64,000 bases of DNA, taken from assembly GCA_007378955.1 (NCBI GenBank), contig VMGY01000001.1, positions 38,804-102,803 on the forward strand, written 5' to 3'. Source of the stretch: Parcubacteria group bacterium Athens0714_12. Its GTDB lineage: Bacteria; Patescibacteriota; Patescibacteriia; UBA2591; VMGY01. This document shows, piece after piece, positions 29,774-38,900 of the stretch (within the stretch, counting starts at the first letter, position 1; each line of letters begins with the position of its first letter). Both the position numbers and the translations under genes were made by a program. The notes under the pieces were generated by a model. It was not told the origin of the DNA and did not search any database. It worked only from the letters and a program-made list of their open reading frames with translations.

Positions 29774-30418
29774 ATGAAAATTATAACTCGCGCAATGGCA
29801 ATAAATAATCTAAAAAAATATATCGGCCAAGATTTACAAAAGTTAGCTTTAAAGTACGGTATTACAACCTATAAAGCTGGAAAACAAAACAAGGGTTGGA
29901 AAGGTCTTATTCTAGAAATACTAGCCGGATTGGAAAACAATATTTCTAAAGCTCCTAATGGCTTATCATACGAATTAAAATCCGTTAGTTCGCATTATAT
30001 AAAAAACAAGCTTGTGCCAAAAGAAACTATGGCGATAACTATGATTAATCCGCAAGAGTTAAAAGCCCATTCTTTTTTTGAAAGCCATTGTTGGGCAAAA
30101 TTAAAATCTCTAATTTTTTGCGCTGTGATGTGGCATGGAAAAAACGCGAAAACATCGGAATTATTAAAAGTCATAAGCTTGGATTTTGCGGAAAATGATG
30201 ATTTAATAAAGGAAGTAAGGGATGATTATGACTTCATACGAAACAAGCTAATTATTAATGGCTTTGACGCATTAACTGGAAAAGATGGGAAATGGATACA
30301 AGCAAGAACAAAAGGTATTGGCGGCATAAATCCTCAAACAGGAAAAAAACGGCCGGTAACTCGCGCGTTTTACGCAAGGCCTATTTTGATAAAAAAATTT
30401 TTTGAAATGGCAAATTAA
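29774..30418 (+). CDS. MutH/Sau3AI-family endonuclease (single domain)
   Basis: NKGWKGLILE, YELK, PKETMAIT, IQARTKG, TRAFYAR. Confidence 0.82.
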   Translation: MKIITRAMAINNLKKYIGQDLQKLALKYGITTYKAGKQNKGWKGLILEILAGLENNISKAPNGLSYELKSVSSHYIKNKLVPKETMAITMINPQELKAHSFFESHCWAKLKSLIFCAVMWHGKNAKTSELLKVISLDFAENDDLIKEVRDDYDFIRNKLIINGFDALTGKDGKWIQARTKGIGGINPQTGKKRPVTRAFYARPILIKKFFEMAN

Positions 30419-30469
30419 TAAACAATAAATATACTTGATATCAAGGTTGAACCTCTATAACTTTAATTT

Positions 30470-30501
30470 TATTTGGCGCATATTTAAATATGCGCCAAAT
30501 A
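30470..30501. repeat. Perfect 32-bp palindrome between convergent genes
   Basis: TATTTGGCGCATATTTAAATATGCGCCAAATA. Confidence 0.85.
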
Positions 30502-30535
30502 TATTTTTTAGATTTTTTTGATGGCGAATTAACGG

Positions 30536-30889
30536 CTATTTATCTAATTTCGCGAGTTGTTTTTCGGCGAAATTTCCAATGACCGGCAATTTAAATTTTT
30601 CTCCGCTGTACGCTTTGTAAATCAAAACCAGCCAGAGAATTATCGTCAGGGGAGCGAAAGGCAACGCCAAAAAACCGATGAAAGGGATGACCGAGATTAA
30701 AAACAGCCCTAAAAACACCACCAAAGACTGCATCGCGTGGAACCGGACGAATTTATCTTCCTTTTCCAGCAATAAAAATACCACGCCGCTTACAAATCCA
30801 AAAACATAACAAAACGCTCCTTCTATATTTTCATCTAGATTAAGCGCTGTCTTGGATTTTTTCTCGATTTTGCTTTTTTTAGTTTTCAT
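30536..30889 (-). CDS. DUF4870-family membrane protein
   Basis: LDENIEGAFCY, FVRFHAMQS, KAYSGEKFKLPVIG; GGAGG RBS. Confidence 0.85.
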   Translation of the reverse strand: MKTKKSKIEKKSKTALNLDENIEGAFCYVFGFVSGVVFLLLEKEDKFVRFHAMQSLVVFLGLFLISVIPFIGFLALPFAPLTIILWLVLIYKAYSGEKFKLPVIGNFAEKQLAKLDK

Positions 30890-30945
30890 AATTCCTCCTA
30901 TTAAAAATTAATAATAAATATAATTGATTGCCTTTCCTTTTCAAC

Positions 30946-30997
30946 GGGATTCTTCGTGGAGTTTATCCTGAGCGAAGTGGAAGGGCTTAAAATGACA
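30946..30997. repeat. Degenerate REP-like element at the tRNA 3' end
   Basis: GGGATTCTTCG..TTTATCCTGAGCGAAGTGGAAGGGCTTAAAATGACA; shares ends with the 11379 element. Confidence 0.55.
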
Positions 30998-31000
30998 ATT

Positions 31001-31074
31001 TGGCTGCGGGGCAGGGATTCGGACCCCGATACTCGCCTCCAGAGGGCGATGTCCTACCATTAGACGACCCCGCA
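31001..31074 (-). tRNA. tRNA-Gln (anticodon CTG), CCA encoded
   Basis: Acceptor TGCGGGG/CCCCGCA-G-CCA; anticodon arm TCGCC-CTCTGGA-GGCGA; U1-A72 pair consistent with the GatCAB pathway. Confidence 0.95.
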
Positions 31075-31080
31075 ATGGGT

Positions 31081-31122
31081 AACTGACAACTTCTAACTAA
31101 CAACCTACAACTTGGAACCTTC
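31081..31122. repeat. Degenerate AACnnnn heptamer run overlapping the dnaX 3' end
   Basis: AACTGAC AACTTCT AACTAAC AACCTAC AACTTGG AACCTTC. Confidence 0.55.
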
Positions 31123-32205
31123 ACTGATTTCAATTATTGCCAATTCCAAAGGCAGTTGTGGAATTTCAGCATACTCCAAATCACGCCGCGCCTGAATAAA
31201 CATATTAATCATTCGGACTAAATCTTTTAATTCTATTTCTTTGCTTAATAAAATAATTTCCTCATCTTTAACCTTATCCAAACCATAATATATCCCTTTT
31301 GCCTCTTGGTCAATCTTTAAAATCATTAATTTTCGCAAAAATTCAATCAAATTGGAACTGAAATCTTTTAAATCAACGCCCTCTTCCACTAATTTATTAA
31401 TCAAAAAAATCGTTTTTTCTTTCTTCTTGCTTATTAAATTCTTAACAAAATCAATAATTAAATTAATGTCCGAGCGCGGAAAAAATATTTCCGCTTCTTC
31501 ATAAGTGATTTTTTTGTCGCCCAAAGAAAAAATCTGCTGGAGTAAAGTTTCCGCGTCCCTGATACAACCTTCGCTCTGGCCGGCAATTTTTTCCAAAACT
31601 CTATGGTCAATTTCTATATTCTCTTTTTTGGCGATTACTTTTAGCTTTTCCGCTATTTCTTTCAAATTAACTTTTTTAAAATCAAATCTTTGGCAGCGGG
31701 AAATAATTGTTTCCGGCAATTTATGGATTTCCGTGGTGGCTAAAATAAAAATTACATGGCTTGGCGGCTCTTCCAAGGTTTTTAAAAGAGCGTTAAAAGC
31801 TTCCGGGGTGAGCTGATGCGCTTCATCTATCACGAAAACTTTGTATTTAGATTTGGTCGGCGCGACGCGCGCGTGATCGCGCAATTCCCTGATTTCATTA
31901 ATTCCGCGATTGGAAGCGGCGTCAATTTCTATTAAATCCAAATTTCTGTTTCCGGCAATTTCCAGACAAGAACTGCATTTATTACAAGGTTCGTATTCGC
32001 CTTGCTTCCTGTTTTCGCAATTTATCGCTTTTGCCATTAAACGGGCCGTGGTCGTCTTCCCTATTCCCCGAGGCCCGGAAAACAAATAAGCATGGGATAT
32101 TTTCCCTGCTTTTATTTCATTCTGAAGCGTTGTTTTAATCACTTCCTGCCCTTCTATTTCACTGAATTTTTGAGGGCGGTATTTACGGTATAAAGTCGTA
32201 GACAT
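31105..32205 (-). CDS. dnaX: DNA polymerase III gamma/tau (short form)
   Basis: LYRKYRPQ, GPRGIGKT, IDEAH, SRCQ. Confidence 0.96.
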   Translation of the reverse strand: MSTTLYRKYRPQKFSEIEGQEVIKTTLQNEIKAGKISHAYLFSGPRGIGKTTTARLMAKAINCENRKQGEYEPCNKCSSCLEIAGNRNLDLIEIDAASNRGINEIRELRDHARVAPTKSKYKVFVIDEAHQLTPEAFNALLKTLEEPPSHVIFILATTEIHKLPETIISRCQRFDFKKVNLKEIAEKLKVIAKKENIEIDHRVLEKIAGQSEGCIRDAETLLQQIFSLGDKKITYEEAEIFFPRSDINLIIDFVKNLISKKKEKTIFLINKLVEEGVDLKDFSSNLIEFLRKLMILKIDQEAKGIYYGLDKVKDEEIILLSKEIELKDLVRMINMFIQARRDLEYAEIPQLPLELAIIEISEGSKL

Positions 32206-32211
32206 AAAAGT

Positions 32212-32811
32212 TTAAGCTGATTTTTGTTTGTAAATTACGGTCTTATTTTTGCCGCTATGTTTACCTTGATACAGCGCTTTATCGGCCTCTTCTATTAATT
32301 GTTCTACTGATTGTTCGTCACTTAAAGAAGCGATGCCTAAAGTTATGGTAACATTTATTGAACTGCCTTTCACTTCAATGGTTTTATTGCTGATTATTTC
32401 CCTGATTCTTTCCACTTTTTTAAAAGCGTCAATTTGGTTTGATTTTTCCAAAATAATAAGAAATTCTTCGCCGCCATAACGGGCAATTTTATCCGTAATC
32501 CTGATTTTATTCTTTATTAAACTGCTGACTTTTTTCAAAACCAAATCTCCCGCTTGATGACCATAAATGTCATTTTTCTGTTTAAAATTATCAATATCCA
32601 AAAAAACAATGCTTAACTCGCCTTTCTTGCTCGTTCGGCGATCGCTGTTTCCTCTTATCATGGAAACTTCCTGAAAAATTCTTTTTAATTCCACTTCTAT
32701 ATAGCGGCGATTATAAACTTTTGTCAACGGATCTAAAATAAGCAGATTTTCCAATTGCTCGATTTTTGATTTTAATTCTTTATTTTCTTTTATTAAATTT
32801 TTTTTATCCAC
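32212..32811 (-). CDS. Diguanylate cyclase (coiled coil plus GGDEF domain)
   Basis: DPLT, DIDNFK, RITD I-site, RYGGEEF; GTG start. Confidence 0.92.
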   Translation of the reverse strand: MDKKNLIKENKELKSKIEQLENLLILDPLTKVYNRRYIEVELKRIFQEVSMIRGNSDRRTSKKGELSIVFLDIDNFKQKNDIYGHQAGDLVLKKVSSLIKNKIRITDKIARYGGEEFLIILEKSNQIDAFKKVERIREIISNKTIEVKGSSINVTITLGIASLSDEQSVEQLIEEADKALYQGKHSGKNKTVIYKQKSA

Positions 32812-32851
32812 GAAATTTTAATTATATTTTTTGCTTAAAAATGATTTTTTC

Positions 32852-35140
32852 TTAATTTAATTTTGAAATTTCTTTTTCCACGATATTTTTGTCCTTGCCG
32901 TATTTCATACGCGATGATTCTTTTATCTTTTGGCTAATTTTGCCGTCTCCCGGCTCCAAATCAAAGGTTCTCATATTAAAAGCTCTGACTTGCTGATTAT
33001 CTATTAAAAGTTTAACACAAGCGTTAAATTTTTCAATATTAATAAGGTCTTGTTCTGAAAAAATCGGCTGAAACTCTTTGACTAAAATTTCCGCGTCCTC
33101 TATTCCCACTTTAAAAACAATCATTGTGCCGATGGTTCCTAAAACAGCATCCCTGATCTTGGTATCCTGTCCTTTAATAAGTTGGCCTAAATACTGATGG
33201 GCGACAGTTAAATTTAATCTGTATTTGCGCGCCTCTGATAAAATCGTGGAAATATTCTCGGTAATAAAATTTTGGAATTCATCAATATATAAATAAAAAT
33301 CATTTCTTTGCTCCAAGGGCATATTTGCTCTGCCTAAGGCCGCCATTTGCAGCTTTGCCACGATAATCAAACCCAATAAGTTGCTGTTTATTTCGCCGAT
33401 TTTTCCTTTTGACAAATTAACTAATAAAATTTTTCTTTCATCCATTATCCGCCGGAAATTAAAACTGCTGGCCGGCTGGCCGATAATATTCCGCATTACT
33501 TCATTTTCCGCGAATCTGCCGACTTTGCTGATAATATAGCCGTACATTTCTGATTTGTGAAAATCGCTTGTTTTCGCTATTTCTTTTTCCCAATAAAGGC
33601 GCACTTGGGGATTTTGAACTTTTTGCACTTTTACTTTTTGAAATTCCGGGTCTGTGAACAGGCGAGGAATTTCCACTAAAGTGCCGGAATTTTCTTTGTC
33701 TGCCATTAAAGTCAAAAGATTATTGCGCATATGATGCTCAAAAACCGGGCCTAAAATTTCCGGCGGAAACATTTTTTGCCAAATGGCAATCATTTCCTGA
33801 ACCGCGAAATCAACCTCTTGCGGCGTTTTTGCTTCCAGCATATTCAAACCGAGCGGCCGGCTGGTGTCCGAAGGGTCAAAAACAATCACCTCATTTACTC
33901 TTTCTTTGGGAATTCTTTGCAAAATATCTTCCACTAAATCGCCATGCGGGTCAATAACGCATACTCCGTGTCCATTTTTTATGTCCTGAATAGCCATATT
34001 GGCGATTAAAACGCTTTTTCCCGTTCCTGTCATGCCGGCAATATAAATATGCCTTCTGCGGTCATCGTCTTTAATTTTAATTATATTTTCCGCGCCGCGA
34101 TAACTATTTTTTCCTAAAATTATGCCTTCTTGCGCCATATTTGCCGGCGGCGCCGACTTTTTATAAAGCATCCATCGAATATTCGGAGTTTCTAAAGAAG
34201 GCAGAGGCGGATGGAATAAGCTGGCCAATTCTTCGGTATTAAGAATGATTTTCTTGCTTTCATCAAATTTTCTAAAAATAAAATTACTAATCAAACGATT
34301 TTGATTCCTTGGGATAATAGCATTAAAGCTATTTCCCGCTTCATAAATATTAAACTGGGTAAAAGTATTAATAATGCTATCCAAATCTCTTGACGCCATT
34401 TCTTTGCTTTTAGTGGAAACCAAAACTCTGACATTAACCCCTAATCCCATTTTAGACGCCTTTTCTTCCAAATTATTAATAATATTCTCTTCTATTGGCG
34501 AAAGGTGATGAGCTTGCTCTATTTCTTTTTCTTTCAACTTGCTTGGAAAAAAAATTTCTTTCAAATTTTTAAGCAATATCCCTTGCGAAACATTTGCCAT
34601 TGCTTCATTTAAATTTTCTCCTTGCTGCATTTGCGAAGCGATTTTTAATCCTCTTTTATGCCAATTTTGCGAAGTCGGCTTAATTAAAATCTGGATTACC
34701 GCGCTTTCCCCTCTTTTAAACTTGCTTAAAATGCTGGTTAATGAGTTTAAAGGGTTTGACTCCATTTTAAGGTATGTTTTGATGGGGAAAATGCTTTCTC
34801 TTTTTAAAATTAAATCAGCGCCTAAACAAGCGCCTTGGGGTAAAAAAATATTATAATCCCCCACTTCTTCCAATTCTGCCGATGGAAATTGAGCATGCAA
34901 TTGACGTTCAATAAACCTTTTCAGCGCCTCGGGATAAATTAAATAAAAAGTGATTAAATTATCTTTTTCCGCCGCGATCTCCAAGGCTAAATAATCTTTT
35001 TTACTCCAAAAATATTCCTTTTTCTTAATTCCTCCTAAATTGCCGTAAAAAGTCTCCATCAAAGCAATCAAATTTTTTGGCTCTTTTTTGGAAAATTCTT
35101 CGCTTAATTCTTTTGGCAAAAGCAAACGGCTGATAATCAT
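32852..35140 (-). CDS. VirB4/TraD/HerA-like P-loop ATPase (T4SS DNA-binding-domain family)
   Basis: RRRHIYIAGMTGTGKS, IDPHGDL, LYIDEFQNF, EARKYRL, AHQY. Confidence 0.88.
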   Translation of the reverse strand: MIISRLLLPKELSEEFSKKEPKNLIALMETFYGNLGGIKKKEYFWSKKDYLALEIAAEKDNLITFYLIYPEALKRFIERQLHAQFPSAELEEVGDYNIFLPQGACLGADLILKRESIFPIKTYLKMESNPLNSLTSILSKFKRGESAVIQILIKPTSQNWHKRGLKIASQMQQGENLNEAMANVSQGILLKNLKEIFFPSKLKEKEIEQAHHLSPIEENIINNLEEKASKMGLGVNVRVLVSTKSKEMASRDLDSIINTFTQFNIYEAGNSFNAIIPRNQNRLISNFIFRKFDESKKIILNTEELASLFHPPLPSLETPNIRWMLYKKSAPPANMAQEGIILGKNSYRGAENIIKIKDDDRRRHIYIAGMTGTGKSVLIANMAIQDIKNGHGVCVIDPHGDLVEDILQRIPKERVNEVIVFDPSDTSRPLGLNMLEAKTPQEVDFAVQEMIAIWQKMFPPEILGPVFEHHMRNNLLTLMADKENSGTLVEIPRLFTDPEFQKVKVQKVQNPQVRLYWEKEIAKTSDFHKSEMYGYIISKVGRFAENEVMRNIIGQPASSFNFRRIMDERKILLVNLSKGKIGEINSNLLGLIIVAKLQMAALGRANMPLEQRNDFYLYIDEFQNFITENISTILSEARKYRLNLTVAHQYLGQLIKGQDTKIRDAVLGTIGTMIVFKVGIEDAEILVKEFQPIFSEQDLINIEKFNACVKLLIDNQQVRAFNMRTFDLEPGDGKISQKIKESSRMKYGKDKNIVEKEISKLN

Positions 35141-35155
35141 TTATTTGTTTATTAT

Positions 35156-35316
35156 AGACCTGATGCCTAATAACTTTTTCTGCTGCAACTTGAAATTTTG
35201 GCTGCAAATTATTCAGAACTCCTCGCCTTATACTCCGTATAAAGCTTTGTCGTCCTTCATAATTTTCGCTCAAAATTTCCGCGTTTCGCAACGAAAAATT
35301 ATTACGCATCAGGTCT
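35156..35316. mobile_element. 161-bp MITE-like long-hairpin element with TTAT flanking repeats
   Basis: IR AGACCTGATGC.TAATAA..TTTTC / GAAAAATTATTACGCATCAGGTCT; TTAT at 35152-35155 and 35317-35320. Confidence 0.8.
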
Positions 35317-35788
35317 TTATTTCTAAAATTTTTTTAGTTTTAATTTCAGCTTCTTTTTCTATGTAAAATTTATTTATGCCGGGAATAATTCTAAGCCACT
35401 CTCTTATTAATTCAAATATTCGCCTGAATACTGTTTTTGCCTTTTTTAATAAAGACTCTATTTTTAAGGCCGTTTCTTCGCCTTTGGCCTTGAAACTGTT
35501 TTTAACTGGTTCATCTAAAGAAAAATAAATGCTTTCCAAGTCTTCTTCCAAAATATTCTCTATTTTGCTTAAAGCCGGGCTTTTACTCGGAGTTTTTGAA
35601 GTTTTTTCAATAGAAATCGCGGCTGTGGTTTTTAACGGCTTTTTTTTAACTCCAATTTCTTTTTCTTTCTTGTAATCCCTTGTTTCATTTTCCCGACTAA
35701 GTTCTTCTTCTATTTCAACTGATTCTTTTTCCAAGCTTTTCAAATTTATATCTTCTAATTTTTTTTCTAAATTATTTTTATAAACCAT
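35309..35788 (-). CDS. Hypothetical protein upstream of the ATPase
   Basis: IENILEEDL..FKAKGEETA..WLRIIPGINKFYIEKEAEIKT; ATG 6 nt after TGnTATAAT. Confidence 0.75.
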   Translation of the reverse strand: MVYKNNLEKKLEDINLKSLEKESVEIEEELSRENETRDYKKEKEIGVKKKPLKTTAAISIEKTSKTPSKSPALSKIENILEEDLESIYFSLDEPVKNSFKAKGEETALKIESLLKKAKTVFRRIFELIREWLRIIPGINKFYIEKEAEIKTKKILEIKT

Positions 35789-35853
35789 AAATAGATTATA
35801 CCACAAATTTTAAGAAAAAAAAGCTTGTTTTATTTTTCCTGTTATTTTGCCAC

Positions 35854-35925
35854 TTATCCACATTTATGATTTTCTATAAATATGGTAAAATATAATTAAA
35901 TAATAATATGTCCTACTTATCCACA
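35854..35925 (+). promoter_or_regulatory. Two perfect DnaA boxes in a divergent intergenic region
   Basis: TTATCCACA at 35854-35862 and 35917-35925. Confidence 0.65.
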
Positions 35926-35953
35926 ATTGGAAATTGGGACGATGGAGGTTAGA

Positions 35954-38900
35954 ATGAAAAAATTTACTCACTGCTTGAAAAAAATGGGGACGGGAATAAT
36001 CATTTTCGCCGTTCTTTTTATTTTTCAAGCGCAAGCGCAAACACCGGAAACAGATCTTCTGCCCGTGGTAGACGCTCCGCTATCCGGCAATCCGATCATT
36101 ACGGACACGGCAACCGACACGCCCGAAGCAACGAGCGCGCCTGAAACCGGGCTTCTCGCTAAAGAAACAGCTCCCCCGCCTGAAGTCTTGCAAGACACGC
36201 AAATCAGCGCGGAAGATTTAGGCGCGGTGAATGCCAGAATTAAACCGGGAAATTTCTTTCATCCTTTCAAGCAATTCGGCAGGGATGTCCAGGAATTTTT
36301 TACTTTTGACCCGGTTAAAAACGCTGAATTAAAACTCAAACACGCCAACCAGGAATTGTCAGAAATCCAACAGCTCGTGGAAGAAAAAGGCATTGAAAAC
36401 ATTAACCCGAAAATTCTGACTAATTCGGTTGATTGGTTTGAAAACAAAATGGAAAATATTAAAAATGCTTCGGAAAAAATCAAAGGCCAAAAAACTAAAA
36501 ATCCCGAAGGAATTGAGGAATTATTGAATAACCTGACAGATAAACAAATAAAGGAACATAAAATTTTGGAAAAATTCAATGAAGGCATTACTGAAAATAA
36601 AGAAAAAATCGTTGGCGCCGAAGACGCTTTTGCCGCTTTAAAAGATGTCCAAAGCAATGTTCTTAAACATTTCGGTGAAATTTTGACAAATGTAGATGAA
36701 CAGGAAAAAATCCCCGCAAGATTGAGCGCGGTAGCGAACGAGCAGCAAGGAAGCGAATTTAAACTTATAAAAACAACGGAAATTTTGAAAAAACTGCAAG
36801 AACAAGCTCCTGAAGAAACAAAAGACGCGATTAAAAAAGCCCAAACGAAAACCATGGAATTATTACAAGAAGATATGAAAGCCATGCCCGCGGTTGTCAG
36901 AGCGGAAAAATTTAAAACTTACACCAATGCTTTGCCCGGCAATGAAACAATCCAATTAAGCGTTTTTGAAGACTTAAAACAACTACCGAACATCCCGCAG
37001 GATATCTTGAAAAAAATTGAGGAAGTCAAAGAATTCGCCGTTAAAAGATTTGAAGAAAAAGCTATTAAATTTAAACAACCAGAAGTTCAAGAAAAATTTT
37101 TTGAAGATTTGAAAGGCGATTCTTTGGATGACATTATGGTTTTGGAAGAATTGAAAGCGAAAATTACCGCCAAACAGGAATCCCTAAAGAAAAAAGTGGA
37201 ACAAAAAAATATTGAAGGAATGGAAAAATTTAAAAAGAAATTTACCGATGCCCAGTCGCAAGAACAGGCAAAACAATTTGAAAAATTAGTTAAGGAAATG
37301 ACTGCTAATCCAAATCCGAAAACTTTAAAATTAATCAGTGAATTAGAAACTCAAGTCGCCCAGGACCCGGAGAAAAAAGCTTTTATTGAGGAAATAAAAA
37401 CTAAAACCAAAGCGGAAATGGAAACTAAATTCAGAATGGAAGGCGAACGATTTTTTGACCGAATGAGTTCTTTGAATCCGGAAGATATGATGGTCTTCCA
37501 AAAAATGGAGCAAGACCAATTTTACGACCCAATGATGATAGAGCAATTTTCACAACATCAAACTAATCGCTTTAAAGAATATGTCCAAGGAATTGATAAC
37601 ACGGAAAATTTTGACCGCTTTAATAAACGTTTCGGAACAGAAGTGGTGCAAATAATAAAAACAAAAGACACGGAATTCAGCAATGTAATGCAGTTCAAGT
37701 CCCGTAAAATCGCGGAAGCGGAAATGCAATTAAAAGAAAATGAGGCGCGGATGAAAATGGAATTAGAATGGAAAAAATCGGAAAATGATTTTCAGATGAA
37801 ATTAAGGCGAGCGGCTAATGACGAAGCTAAAAAAGCGCTTTATGAAGAAAAAAGGCAAAAAGAATTATCTTTAGTTGACCAAGAATTTGAAACGAGAAAA
37901 AAAATGATGCAAGAAAGAATTAAATTTGACCCTTTCTGCGACGAAATATGCCAGGTGATTCAAAAACAATTTCTTGAGCAAGATTCAAATTACAGAAAAC
38001 AAAATATTATGGAAGACGCGCGGATGAGAGAGTTTGAAATGGAATTAAGGACTCAACCTGCTATGGGTGGCGGCGACCCGTTCCAGGGAAAATGCCAAAG
38101 CCCTGAAACTTGCATGAAATTCTGCAAGGAAAATCTTAATTTTTCCGCTTGCCAAATGCTTGCCCCAATGCAAATGCAAATGCCGCCGCAGACGCAGCCA
38201 GTTGAAGGGCAAATGCCGCAAAATATCTACGCGAACAATCCAATGTATGGACCTCCTCCTTGCCCGCCAGGACAAATTAATATGCCGAAAGGTTCCGGAC
38301 AATGGGTATGCACCGACGACCCTTATCAAAAAATATCAGAAACTTTCAAAAAATGCCCTCCCGGCTATAACTGGAATGACATAAAAGCTTTCTGCGAATT
38401 CAACCAAGTAATGTTCAAAACATCCTGTCCGCAAGGCGAGTATTGGGATGAAGGGAAAAAAACTTGCATCAGGCCGGGAATGCCTCAAGCGTGTCCGCCT
38501 AGTCAATACTGGGACCCTGGAAAACAAGCTTGCGTAAGCTCTGGACAAAATCCTTGTCCGCCTAACCAATATTGGGACGCGGGAAAAAATGGCTGCGCGC
38601 AATACAAAACAGAACAAGCTTGTCCTCAAGGCCAATACTGGGACTCTGGCTTGCAAACTTGCAGAGGACAACAAATAACTCAACCAATGCCTGTTTTCTG
38701 CGGTCCGGGAGAATCTTGGGATAATATTCGCGGCTGTGTCCGTGAAAATTTCCAACAATGCGGTCCAGGCGAATATTTTGACTTCTATGAAAAACGTTGC
38801 AAAACAGACCAATGGAAATCTTGCCCGAGCGGCGAATACTGGGACCAGGGAAGAAATAGTTGTATTAGGGATATGATGGCTCAACCAGTTGAACAATGCG

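Noticed and set aside
35025-35366. ORF-track ORFs 35025-35309 and 35088-35366
   Set aside because: They run through the palindromic MITE and have no protein-like motifs
35807-35953. oriC
   Set aside because: Only two DnaA boxes in a short spacer and no dnaA/dnaN nearby; skew not computed
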